From Ionaspis alba (lineage: Eukaryota), in the NCBI GenBank assembly GCA_964255285.1, contig CAXUUL010000044.1:1-47682 (forward strand): a stretch of DNA of 47,682 nucleotides, given 5' to 3'. The position numbers and the translations under genes are program-made. The notes beneath the pieces are model-generated. The model saw nothing but the letters and a program-made list of their open reading frames with translations. It was not told the origin of the DNA and did no database searches. This document shows, piece by piece, positions 26,198-38,437 of this stretch; the first letter of the stretch is position 1; every line of letters starts with the position of its first letter.

Positions 26198-27678
26198 CTA
26201 AGCTGCAAAAACCCTCACATTCAGATCGACGCTGCCTGTAGCTATCACGCACCGGATGTTTTCCTTCCCTCCTCCAGGATCGTCCTTCTTACTTGCGCCG
26301 TTCACCTCCCCGTTCGTTATTGGTGTCTTTATGATGCCAGGCGCCCACCTTACACAGCTGACGAAGTGTCCGTGTGCGTCATCAATCGTCTTCACACACT
26401 TGCATTCCTGACTCAGATCCCAGCATCGTAGCGTCTTGTCGTCACTAATACTGAGAAGATATTTCCCACCAGGATGGAAGAGTAGACCACGGACCCAATT
26501 ATCGTGGCCCGCGAGTGTCTTGATCAACGTCCCTCGAGCGTCCCAGATTTTGATGCTCTTGTCACGAGATCCTGTTGCCAAGAATTCACCAGAGCTGCTT
26601 GTGGTTGGTGGTTTCTTCAGACCTGCGATGGTTGCCAAGTACACATATGAAGCGGCCGGAGCAAATGTGCAGCATTCGATAACATGTTCGTGGCCGACAA
26701 AGGTGGCCTTTACGTCTCCAGAAGTGGCATCCCATAATCTTGCGGTTTGATCGTTGCCGGCGGAGACCAGCCACCGACCGTCGAAGCTCGGAGACACATC
26801 TCGAACCCAGTCGACATGACCACGAAGCGTTTTCACGCAGTACCCTGTAGATACATCCCAGATCCTCAGTGACTTGTCACGGGATGCAGAAACTAAGAGA
26901 TTGCCAGAGGTGGGTGAGCCTGCGGCACCCGATGGAATGAACCGTACAGCCGATACAGAGTGATCATGTCCTGGTAGCGTCCGAATGTTCTTGTACTCGT
27001 CGCTTGGGTCCCAAAGCTTGATTGTCAGATCTGAGGAGCAGGATGCAAGTAATGTTCCTCCTCGTGGTCCACCATAGTCAACATCTAACACAGCTTTGGT
27101 ATGGCCTTTCACCGTTCGTTCAAGCTCACCCAGTTCCCAGTCCCACACTTTGATTGCCGTGTCTTCTGAGCCGGAGGCCAATGACGAGAAGATGGGATGG
27201 AAAGCCACGCACGTGACTGGGAGGCGGTGCGACTGGAGTGTGTGTCGAGCGGGCGACCTAGGGAGCCATGTGGATGGATCTTGGTTTCGACGGGACAGAG
27301 ATGTTGGAGTTGCTGAATCTAGTTCTGCTTGCAGCGCAGCATTGCGAGCCTCTAGATCCATAATCTAGCTACGTCAGATTGAAGCTGAAACCTCAAACGG
27401 TGCACAGAATTCTCCGTACCTTCTTCTGTAGCCGCACCACACTCGTCCACTTCTTCTCCAGTAGTCCCTCATATTTCTTGGTCGTAGCGGCGTCAAAGCT
27501 CTCTCCTATATCCAATTCTTGTCGTAGAGATGTGGCGGTGTTCGGTAAGCTAGTAGACGAGAGGTAGGCAATGATGGCCTTGTGACTGAGGTAAAGTCAA
27601 CACTTTGTCGCGGTTGAGATAGCACAAAATGCTTACGCACAGCTCCTCTGCTTGTCTTGACGTAAGAAGCTGGCTCAT
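26198..27678 (-). CDS. nudF: LIS1/Pac1 dynein regulator NudF (about 456 aa)
   Basis: Exons 27678-27641, 27585-27420, 27364-26198. LisH ([14 protein letters not shown]), [20 protein letters not shown] coiled coil, and a WD40 propeller ([36 protein letters not shown]). Confidence 0.97.
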
Positions 27679-28336
27679 TGCGTCGGTTCTGGATGCATAG
27701 GCAGTTGGAGAGTATTGCAAATGCAATTCTTGATGTCGATGAGTAGCAATAAAATCGTGTGATGTGAGATGACCACAACGCTCGTCAGTGAAGGTTGGCG
27801 CTCGTCTTATCAATCAGATGCTTTAAGAGATTTCATCAGGGGTGCCCCAAGCATATTAGAAGGTTGACCATCTAGCCTCTAGTAATGCGGTACTTTCGAG
27901 CAGCTTGCCCTCAGCAAACGACCTTGAGTAGGTGCAACGGGCCACATGAGGCAGAGTGGTATTATTGCTCTTAGATATGCGGTTTACCTCCATCTTGACA
28001 TAAACATTTGTGCATGGTGATTGCAGGGGTTGTGCACAAGCATCCCGCTTGGACCAATCAATGGCCGCAGCGTTTTCGTGTTCGCGATGTCTGCCCTACG
28101 CCATTGTTGACAAAGTGACGAGCACAATTCACAATCTTGACACCTCTGTATCATCCAACCTTCTGGCGTAATCATCGACAGCAAATCAATCCTACTTGTC
28201 CTTGTTCGACCCTCGAACAGTCCCTGAAAATAGAGCGACGGACCTTCTCTCATTCAAAACAGGTTTGGTAACTCAAGAGTGCGAAATCCTTCACAAGTTT
28301 GCGCCAACTCGTCTTGCAAGCCTTTAGTATCCAGCG

Positions 28337-31134
28337 ATGGCCGATCAAGAGGAGGATTTCAGTTCTCTACCCCTCTCGGATCGCTTCGTACACAAGGCAA
28401 GTTCTATGTCCTGGAGGAGAGAATGAAAACTAAAAGCTTCACAGAATTGGAAAGTCCGGAAACAAGGCTACGAAGATGCCTCGAAACTTTTTGAAGCTAC
28501 TGCGGATGAGTCAGATCCAGTATTCAGACCGTTTCTACAAGATCCAGGACTGTGGAAGGGCGCAGTGGCAGATTCGAATGTGGCAGCACAACAAGATGGA
28601 ATCAATGCGCTTTGCTCGTTCCTGAAATATGGAGGTCAAGAAGGTTGCAGAAGGTACAGCCGAGCCTCAGCAATTTTCATCCTCGAGGAGGGCTAGTCTC
28701 TGACATGAAGACAGAACTCGCGCTTCCACGGTCACCCCTATTGTGGAGAAGGGATTGGCATCTACACGAGCCGCGACAAAGCAAAGCTCTTTAGAGGCAC
28801 TTTTATTATATATCGAGCTGGATAAGGCAGACCCGATCATAGAGGACTTACTACCTGGTCTCTCGAACAAGCAGCCTAAGATCATCGCAGCCAGTCTTGC
28901 AGCGTTTACTGCAATTTATCACGCCTATGGTGTAAAGATAGTCGACCCGAAACCTGTCCTGAAGGCCTTGCCCAAAGTATTTGGGCACGCAGACAAGAAT
29001 GTCCGGGCCGAAGCATCGAATCTGGTTGTCGAGTTATACCGATGGCTTCGCGAGGCTATAAAGACGTTGTTCTGGAACGATCTGAAAACTGTTCAGCAAC
29101 AAGATCTAGAGAAGCTTTTCGAGGCAGTGAAGCAGGAGCCACCCCCGAAGCAAGAAAAACTACTCAGGTCTCAACAGGTAGCAGTAGAAAAGGCTGCGGT
29201 GCAAAGTGAAGAAGCGTACGGAGATGGCCAAGACGCCGAAGACGTGCCAGCAGAAATTGATGCTTTTGATCTTGCGGAGCCAGTCGATGTGGCTGGAAAG
29301 ATACCCAAGGATCTTTACGAGAATTTGGCATCCACGAAGTGGAAAGATCGGAAAGAGGCTCTTGATGCTTTCTACGCCGTTGCAAACGTCGATCGAATCA
29401 AAGATGGATCCTTCGACGAAGTGGTAGCCTCACTTGCCAAGTGCATGAAGGACGCAAATATTGCTGTTGTAACAGTGGCTGCAAACTGTGTCGAGGTCCT
29501 CGCTAAAGGTTTACGGAAGAGCTTCGCCAAGTATCGAGGTCGGATCATGTCTCCCATGATGGAAAGGTTGAAAGAGAAAAAGCAGTCTGTAGCAGACGCT
29601 CTTGGGGCAGCTCTTGATGCGGTCTTCGCATCAACTGGTTTGTCTGACTGTCTAGAAGAAATCTTGGGATTTCTGAAACATAAAAATCCACAAGTGAAGC
29701 TCGAAACGCTTCGTTTCCTTATCAGATGCCTCAAGACAACCCGAGAAGCGCCTGAGAAAGCAGAGGTCAAGTCGATAGCTGAGGCTGCAACCAAGCTATT
29801 GACTGAGTCCACCGAAGTGACAAGGTCAGGCGGTGCCGAAATCTTAGGCACCCTAATGAAGATCATGGGCGAAAGAGCCATGAATCCCTACGTTGACGGT
29901 TTGGATGATATCCGGAAAACAAAGATCAAGGAATGTTTTGATGCGGCAGAGGTAAAAGCGAAAGACAGGCCGAAGCCTGCCGCTCCACCACCTAAAGCTG
30001 CACCACCGATTCAGAAGAAAGTCCTTGGAAAGAAGCCTGCCTCGGGCGCCAGGAAACCAGCCCCGCGGCCCTCCACGCCGGTAGAGGAACTTCTGCCACC
30101 ACCAATAACATCAGTATCGAAGCCTGGCTTGGGTCGAGCAGTTCCATCCAAACTTGCCGGTCCTCCTAAATCCATCTACGCGACGGCACCGACAGGGGCT
30201 CTGAAGCTTCAGAAAAGACTCGCTGGTCCACCTAGTGCCCCAAATGTTTCTTCTCCGCGCCGCAACATAACATCTACTCCGCCACCGGACGAAGAACCAC
30301 CACCAGCACCTAAACTTAGTCTGGGCGGACGTGGCTTAGCTGGGCGCCCGCTCGGCAAACCCGTCACCACGCACTCGGAGTCCGCCGTACCGACCACAAG
30401 CACGCTTTCGCCATTGGAAAGGGTGGAGCTCGAAGAACTTCGTACTGAGAATGCACGTCTTCTGAGACAGATAGAAGAGCTCAGGACCTCTCAGTCTCGT
30501 CTTACCTCATCCATCACCGAGCTACAGAACCAGAACGCGCAGCTCATCGAAGACCATACGCGGGACGTGCTGAGCATAAAAGCGAAGGAAACGCAGCTCG
30601 TGCGGGCGCGCTCCGATGCCGAGACCGCAGAGCAGCTCGTGCAGAAACACTCCCGAGAGCTAGAACGACTGCGGCGGGAGCTGAGTCGGGCAACGTTGGC
30701 GGCGTCGCCGCCACCAAGCGAGGGTGCGGAAGCTATCTATCGGGATAATAACATAGGTAATGGCAGCGCCAACGCGAATGCCGTACTAAGTGGTGTGGAT
30801 CGGTATGAAAGCGATCGTGTGAACCGCGAAGTGGGGTATCAAAGGGCCAGGAGCTATATGCGGAGCCCCAGTGACGAGAAAGAGAATGGAGGGCTCGACG
30901 GCGGGAAGGTAAAAATGGCCAGTCCGCCATTGACCGGCAGAGAAGGCGGTAGTCCCGCAAGGAGGGAGGGCGGTGAGCCCATAGAAAGCTGGAAAAGAGC
31001 GCAGGAGGTCACCAGTCAGCTGAAGGCGAGGATCGAGATGATGAAGGTACGTCGCTCCCATTGAGTAGGGCTACACAGACCCTAGACAGGTGCTAATTAG
31101 ATTATAGGCCCGACAAGGACTCGCAAAACCGTAG
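28337..31134 (+). CDS. STU2: XMAP215/Dis1-family microtubule polymerase (Stu2/Alp14/AlpA, about 875 aa)
   Basis: Exons 28337-28396, 28445-28653, 28715-31046, 31108-31134; intron 1 has a GC donor. Two TOG domains (HKNWKVRK..DSNVAAQ; STKWKDRKEAL..DANIAVV..ERLKEKK), a Pro/Lys-rich linker and a C-terminal coiled coil. Confidence 0.95.
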
Positions 31135-31261
31135 TGATCAATGTGTGAAGTCTGGCGTACTGTATTTTGTGTATGGTTGATGAGCGGGTCCATGCATGGC
31201 TCGGTCTTCCACTGGTTTGCTTTTCCTTCTTGATACCACCATTTCTCGGGCGTTTTGAGTT

Positions 31262-31361
31262 NNNNNNNNNNNNNNNNNNNNNNNNNNNNNNNNNNNNNNN
31301 NNNNNNNNNNNNNNNNNNNNNNNNNNNNNNNNNNNNNNNNNNNNNNNNNNNNNNNNNNNNN
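31262..31361. other. scaffold gap (100 N) with duplicated flanks
   Basis: Run of N. The 55 nt at 31207-31261 recur exactly at 31362-31416. Confidence 0.97.
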
Positions 31362-31673
31362 TTCCACTGGTTTGCTTTTCCTTCTTGATACCACCATTTC
31401 TCGGGCGTTTTGAGTTAGAGGAACGGTCATTGTGTCATAGAAAATGGTGACTACGTGTCGCCTGGTAGAATCTTTGGCGCGTCGCATGTGAGATATCGAT
31501 ACCGAGTATTCCCAAAGCGAGACTCTTAAAACCTCCGAACTAGCTAGAACTAATAGCGCTTAAGTAAAATGGCACGGTGTTGTCGGAATGGTTTCATGTT
31601 TTAACCGCAATCCGGCAATGCTGATTGCATGGCTATCTAAACTCCAGGGCAACATCTCTCACGAGTATGACAC

Positions 31674-32872
31674 TTAGATCTTGATGGCACTCTCCAGAGC
31701 CTTGCGCTTCTTCTCCTGCGCAGCCACTGCCTTGGCACCCATAATTCCTCCACCCCAATGACGCCTGGCCTCCTCGTTCTTCTCCGTGTAGCCTTCCTTG
31801 ATAGCCGAAACAAGCTTTGAGAATTCTGACTTATCCTCAGAGCGCACTTCAGTCAGGGCGAGGACAGCGGCAGTCTAACTCGTAGTTTAGTGGTTACCCC
31901 TAGGAGTCACATTTTCGACGACTCGTACCTTCTTGTGCACAACAGTACCCAATCTAGCCTTCCCTTTGATAATGGCGTAGGGGACGCCCATCTTCCTGCA
32001 GAGCGCAGGGAGGAAAATCACGAGCTCGATGGGATCAACATCGTTAGGGATCAAGACCAAGCTCGCTTTCTTGTTCTCAATCAAGCCGACAACGTGATTC
32101 AAACCGTACTTGACAGCATAAGGCTTCTTGCTCACATCCTCCTTCTTCTTACCCTCGCTGATTGCAGTAGCTTCTTTCGTCAATCTTTCCTTCTTCTCAG
32201 CCTTCGTTTCCGGTCGGTACTTGTTGAGGAGCTTGAAGGATTGCGCGGCAGTGTTGCGGTCGAGGACGTGAGTGAATTGGGCGATCGCAGGGGGGACTTT
32301 GAGACGGAGGTTGAGGATCTTCCTCTGGCGTTGAAGTCGGACGTATTCGGGCCATCGCACCATACGCGAAAGGTTGCGTCTGGGTTGGATATCTTGACCG
32401 ATGCCAAAGTTGCGGGGGCGCTTCTCGATGAGGGGATTCTATGAGGTGAAGAACAGCTGATCAGCATTCCGGGAATCGTAAGTACAACAGAAGATTTCAA
32501 ACAAAGCTGGTAGAGTAGGCCATGTGTCAAAAGTACTCACCTTTGCCGGCTTTTTCGATGCCCCACCCGCCTTGCCCTGAGGGAAAGGTGCGGGAGCCGC
32601 TTTCTTTCCAGACTTTGGAGGCTGTCATTGAGAAAAGAAGATCGTCAGCGAATCGAGTTCACTAAGTTGCATCTTCTTTGAACTCTAGAGAGATCGAGGA
32701 CTGCATTACTGCAATGACCTCGACTCAAGCCATGTTCATCACAAGTGCTGCTCTGCCTTTACAAGCAAGCAGCAAATGGTAGCTACATTTCACCGCAAGA
32801 TGCAACGGGCGCGAAACCCAGACACATCTTGACGGCTATTGTGAGAACCGAAGTATAGTAATTGCTTACCAT
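31674..32872 (-). CDS. RPL8: 60S ribosomal protein eL8 (L8/L7a, about 264 aa)
   Basis: Exons 32872-32870 (ATG only), 32621-32541, 32438-31929, 31874-31674. [38 protein letters not shown]7Ae domain [32 protein letters not shown], and WGGGIMG. Confidence 0.98.
32622..32869 (-). promoter_or_regulatory. structured 248-nt intron 1 of RPL8, candidate cis-regulatory RNA
   Basis: About four to five times longer than most introns in the window. Contains a perfect 10-bp long-range helix, several hairpins, a GUAA (GNRA) tetraloop and a GUGAUGA box. Function is inferred. Confidence 0.55.
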
Positions 32873-32995
32873 GGCGATGGTGGTGGATGTTGTTAGTGAC
32901 AATGTTGAAGATGTTGTCACGAGTCAATAGATTTTAACAATTGTGGTTGTGGTCCTAAAAGCTGCTAAGCGAGCCTGTGATCTTGGCGTGGCATC

Positions 32996-33003
32996 TAGCC
33001 CTA
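32996..33003. promoter_or_regulatory. TAGCCCTA element, candidate ribosomal-protein promoter motif
   Basis: Lies about 125 bp upstream of the RPL8 ATG. Resembles the AGCCCTA/TAGGGCTA motif associated with ascomycete ribosomal-protein promoters. Short enough to occur by chance. Confidence 0.35.
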
Positions 33004-33671
33004 CGCAAGAGCAGTTGTGGCTGGTGCGAAGATAGGCAAAATTCTTGAGAAATCTCTCAGTGGCACTTTGACCGGATCATCGAGCATTATTCACCCTCTC
33101 AATCATCGCAGCTTGGTGTTTATTGATCTAAAGTCGTTGCAAATCACCATGATGGAAGCACGAGAGGGAGGCCATTCTTGAAGCTGCTGGAGATCTCTAC
33201 GAGTAGCTACACAAATGTGCTTCAAGACGGGGGCCCCATAGTGACAGTAAGAATTCTTCTCGATGACTCGAAACATCCTGTATCACGACCAACGATCTAC
33301 GTGTTCTGTGTCTATATATGATTTTCTAACGTACGCTAAGGAATGATTGATCAATTGATCGATGAGAATCAAAAGTGACGTCGTCTCGGCGAATAGTTGT
33401 GCGGAGCCGAGCGCAGGACCCCTGTCAGATGCTTTGGCGGATGGAGTGGTCCATAGCCAAATCTCCACAATTACTTGTGCTCATGGTCTCTGTCCTCATC
33501 CCACAACTCGTCCACTATTCTCAGGTCCCGATGTTGTCTTCGCTGATGTCTTCTCTTCCAACTCCAGTGCTTTAAGTCTCTTCTCATACTCTTCTTACGT
33601 CTAGGGAAGCTGCCGAGCTTTGCGCAATCCGTTCTCCAGCTCCTCCTACCACCAGTTTGCGCTGGCTCAAA

Positions 33672-35840
33672 ATGAAGTCCTCAGGTGTCACGACAGTCAT
33701 CGAGCCGTCTCCATCAACAAGCAGACGCCAACCTGTTCGTCAGACACGTACCAATCCTTCTCGAAATGCCCTCAACAGCTCTGGTCCGTTCGGAGGGCGT
33801 GGCTCTCTTGGGAGATCACTGGAGGACAGCGGGGACACAACCAGCGCTCCGGGTTTCTTTCCCGCAATTACGCACTTTACAGACTCCATCGATGCGCTAC
33901 CGAAAGAGATGATAAGGAATTATACAATGCTCAAGGAAGTCGATGCCAAAATCTATGGCCCGGAAGACGCCTTGAAGCAGATGGTTTCAGTGGCCCTCAA
34001 AGCCCCGGCCCCCGTGCGCAAAGACCGCACATCACAGCGAGACAGTGACGGTCAATCATACAGTGGCACAGGCACCAATCTCAGCGTTTCTGGGTCTGTC
34101 ATTGGGACAAACGTACTTGCCGGTGCATCTCAAGAATCGACGAATTCTCACGAGGACCCTGTCAACTTTGACCTTGCCGATCTCCCACGTCGAAAGCTCT
34201 TCTTCCAACTGCGTATGATAGCTGGTGAGATGCTTGCTACCCTCGACGAGAAAAACCACGTCCTTGCGGTGGCTGCCGAAACCCTTGACAAACAGCTCGC
34301 GCGCTGCGAAAGCTCCTATCCATACGTAAGCAACGAGATCAGTGAGGAGTCGCGTTACGGGAACATCCATCATTGGGCATACCTCGACAAAACCACAGAA
34401 AAGAAAGGAACGACCGCGAACGAGCGGACAAGGCGGGAGGCCGCTACAACCAGCGGACTGGCTGCAGCGCTGACCCAAGAGGGTGAGCTTGCGGCTATGA
34501 GAAGTGAAGCTAGACGTGAAGCTCTAGCAGCCAAGAAGAGAGCTCCACCGGGCGACTCCGACTTCGATGACAATCGGACGGTCAAGAAGTTGAATACTGC
34601 TAAGGGCAAGAAAATGGCGGACACGAGCTCGACTTCTACAACAGTGGGACTAGGAATCACCAATGGGGCTACAACCACAGGCTTGACTGTGTCCCACAAA
34701 CGGCGCAAGGTCGAAAAGACTGTGGTGGCCGGAGGTGTTGAAGGTCTAGCGATGGAGAGATCACTCAGCGCCGTATATGGACCAACAGCCGTTACCTCTC
34801 GTGGTGGTGCTGGAAGTCCGAGGGATACGCCGGCAGTGGAAGCTTCGAAAAAGAGAGCGCGTGCTGGCACAATCACAAATGGAAACGGTGTTGGGAATCG
34901 CAGGCAAAGGTTTGGCACCACGCACCACCAATCATTCAAAGCTAACCAGATCTCCACCTAGAGCCGGAACAAACGCCTCCGCAGTCAACTCTCCCGCGAT
35001 GGCATCCTCTCCCATTGTCGGTACCTTTTCCACTGCAACCAAGAGCGGGAATAGTCCAGCACTGGGTGCCATGCAACGGTCGCAATCGACGCGCGGGCGG
35101 CAGAACTCGACACAATCAGGTCTAGCAGAAAACACACGCAAGCGACCTCCATCTTCGGCTTCGAGCAGGCAGGCCAATGGCAACGTCCCTCACGGTTCCC
35201 AGAGTGATCTTGCGCTTTCGAAAACAAGTACTGCGGAGAGCAAAGCGACGAGCAAAGACGGCACCTCATCCAAGACGTCCGACACAACTATAGACTCGGA
35301 AAGCCGCCCGACTCGCACGTACGACCGCCCCCCAAAGCGCGAAGAGCCCTCCACCGTCCTTCCCCGCTCGCGACCACCTTCGATCTCCACAAGCCGTACC
35401 ACCGGCAAAGCCTCTAAAACCAATACCCCGCTTGTATCGTCTTTCCCAGAGCCAGTTCGGCCGCGCTCGAGCCGTGCAACACAGGAGCCGACGTTCAAGC
35501 GCTCGCACAAGAAAGGCGCCGGGTTGCACGCACAGCTAGCCGCTGCCAAAGCCGCGCAAGAAGAGGAAGACGCCTCCAGCGCGCAGGAGGATGGAGAGAA
35601 CGAAGGCGAGCCCAAGTATTGCTATTGTAATGGTGTGAGTTATGGAGAGATGGTGGCATGTGATTATGAAGGGTGCGCGAGAGAATGGTTCCACTTGGCA
35701 TGTGCGGGTCTAGCGAGAGCCCCAGTGGGGAAGGGTGAGTCTCTCCTTCGCTATGCCTCGACTATATAGAGCTGGAACGCTGACCAGGGACAGCGAAATG
35801 GTATTGTACGGAATGTGAGAAGAAGATGCGGTCTTCTTGA
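33672..35840 (+). CDS. ING-family PHD finger chromatin protein, Pho23-like (about 685 aa)
   Basis: Exons 33672-34909, 34962-35734, 35794-35840. ING N-terminal domain (HFTDSIDALPKEMIRNYTMLKEVD..LDEKNHV) and an ING-type PHD finger EPKYCYCNGVSYGEMVACD..C.REWFHLAC..KWYCTEC that is completed only by the last exon. Confidence 0.92.
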
Positions 35841-36716
35841 TTGACGCTAGACCGTCTAGCCTGGGCGTTAGATGTGGATAGCATTGGACTAGTACTGACT
35901 TGAGCACATCTGGATATGAGTGGTAAATTATGTTCTCATCTCTCCCACCTGATGGATGCCAGCTGCGTGAGATATTCTACCATATTGCATGGAGGGGGAT
36001 GAGGAGTCATCATAACTCGGTCTTCGGGCTGGTGGGATAAGTGTTGTGAAATGCAGAATCTTGAACCTGAATGAAATAGCCTTGAAAAGAATCAAACCTG
36101 TTATTAACGTGAATGACATAGTAATTCCGCATTGCACCACAGGAAAGTCCATTCTGATGTTGCACGTGCCTATATCGGGCCTGTGGCAAAAGGAGCATTC
36201 TCAAAAGTGCAGCGTCGAACAGCAGCGGGAATATGCTTTTTGCTGAGTGCCCAAAAGGTCTCCCCAGAGATCGACAGAGAAAATGAAATGATTCTTCGAC
36301 GAAGTATCTCCATGGCCACTTGATGCATGTTGCGCTTCGCCAGGAACATGGACTATGGAAATCGCAGACATCGTCAGTTCCTTGTCGGAGGGCAGCATGC
36401 CAGGTGGCGCAGCAGCAGGGTTTCAGCAAGTCTGTATATCACAAGCAGCAGACTCCGGATAAAGGCACGCGTAGGCTCGCAAAATGAGCTTCAGGGTCGG
36501 ATTGTGGGTGAGACTCATGTTTGACATGAGGTCCCTGTAGGACAAGACATGAAGTTGCGTTTCTTATGGTAGATCAAGGAAACCTGACACGGTTCTGCAA
36601 AGAAATTGTCGGCATGCTGATGAATCACAACGCAGCGAGTTGGGCCAACGGCTGCAGGCTATGGCTTGAATCGTAACCAAGACCTAGTGCACATTGCCTC
36701 AACCATGGTAATTGTC

Positions 36717-36816
36717 NNNNNNNNNNNNNNNNNNNNNNNNNNNNNNNNNNNNNNNNNNNNNNNNNNNNNNNNNNNNNNNNNNNNNNNNNNNNNNNNNNNN
36801 NNNNNNNNNNNNNNNN
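36717..36816. other. scaffold gap (100 N)
   Basis: Run of N with no flank duplication; true length unknown. Confidence 0.97.
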
Positions 36817-37730
36817 CATTGGGTTGCGTTTGCCAGAGATTGATATTGATTTTTCCACCTTTACCTTTCCATTGTTGAGAACGATAGGGTATGTGCGAAT
36901 TGATCCAGCGAGAACAAAGAGACAACATCTTGCTCGGTACCACAAAATGGGTGAAGTGGATACACGAAGACCTGCTTTTACACAGCGATCATGTACGCTC
37001 GAGAGTGGGAAGGAAAAATCGCTGCCGGAACAAATCCTTGTCACTCTTGAATGATACGATAACCCGCAATACAACACAGCGAATACCAAAGATAGACTCC
37101 GCGCTTACAGCACTTTGGAAAATCATAGCCACCTAGAGTCAACCAATATTGCTCTATATGCAAATGCGTGACTGAAATCAGAGATGACGTACTTATTTTG
37201 GCAGCGTCGTTCATTCATTACCCCCGAGTGCATGCAACTTCGGTATCACCATCGGATGAAAGAGAGTCCTCTCTTGCATGAAGAAGCAAGACCTGCAAGT
37301 TTACCTCTGCACACGATCTCGATTCTTGGAAATCCAACTGGAGATACACTGGTAGATACCTTAGTGCTAGGGAGAAAAGGCGGATCAAATGCATATCAAG
37401 GAAAGTTTCGTGCATTGAGTTCAGAGAATTGAAAGATGTAGTTGCATTCAGATCAAAGACAATGTACACACAGACTCATCGTTGGCGTATCTCAACGACA
37501 CCTTCGATCGCCGGGGTCAGGGGAGGCTTGTCAGCTGCAAAAGAAACCGTGCAAATGGCCACGGACGTGTCTTGGACAGAGATTGTATCACCCAAGCTTC
37601 AACGAGCAGGATTCGGAACGTATTGAACAGATCAGCAAGCACGGGCTGTGAGAAAGTATTCTAGTTGCCATTTTAGTGCCGTCATGCTGACAACCTTGGT
37701 CTGTTCCACATCTTGAGTTGCTCAAACCAC

Positions 37731-37748
37731 GACGACGACGACGACGAC
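37731..37748. repeat. (GAC)6 microsatellite
   Basis: gacgacgacgacgacgac read directly. Confidence 0.85.
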
Positions 37749-38437
37749 GCCGCGGCCACCGTCTTCAATGGATTATTGCTCTCATCTCTACTCGTATCCT
37801 TCGCTGCTTCGTGCTCGAGCCCCCGCCATGACGATGGAGCTTCGTCGGGGAATTATCCCAGGGAAGTTACTATATTGTCTGTGCGCATGTTCGTTGTCCC
37901 GACCCCCGATTCCAGCGCTACTCGACAATCTCCTCTGGCTGCAGGTACGTACTCTACCCAACCCAGACTGGGTCTTTCGTTCTAAGGAGTCTCACCAGAG
38001 AGGTTTGTGAGAAGTGCGGGAAAGAAATAACTAGTGGAGGACGTGAAAATGGAAGAGCAATTCTTTCTACATCCCTGCCCAGGGCGCAAGAAAGAGAGTC
38101 CAATCGAAAGGGAGGAGAATGGATCTTGCAAGCATATAAACTGGTGCATTCCGCCGTATTATCCTGCCTACTACCTCAAGGCTGTACATGCAAGCAATCT
38201 CCGCAGGACGAACCAGTACTTCCCCTGTCGGCTTGCATCCCCCTGTTCGCAGAGTACTTGATAAACTGAGAATCAGGCTGAGAGAGAGAAAGAGAGGGGG
38301 TCCACTGTAAGACCAGAGAAGATGAGAAGATACTACTGGGCAGCAGTGGCCTTGCCTTCCACTCCCTGAGGGAGTGATCGGCCAGTGCTATAAGCTGTCC
38401 AATACCGATGCCGCTTTCCAGCCACCCATTCGCGGCA

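Noticed and set aside
31890..32444. 184-aa plus-strand ORF antisense to RPL8
   Set aside because: Non-ATG start; long antisense frames are expected opposite strongly codon-biased genes.
32645..32742. Intronic box C/D snoRNA in RPL8 intron 1
   Set aside because: The only D box coincides with the branch point, there is no terminal stem, and I could not recognise an rRNA-complementary guide. Kept only as part of the structured-intron finding.
34370..34957. 195-aa antisense ORF within the ING gene, and similar shadow ORFs in STU2, Uds1 and KGD1
   Set aside because: Fully explained as antisense or alternate frames of well-supported genes.
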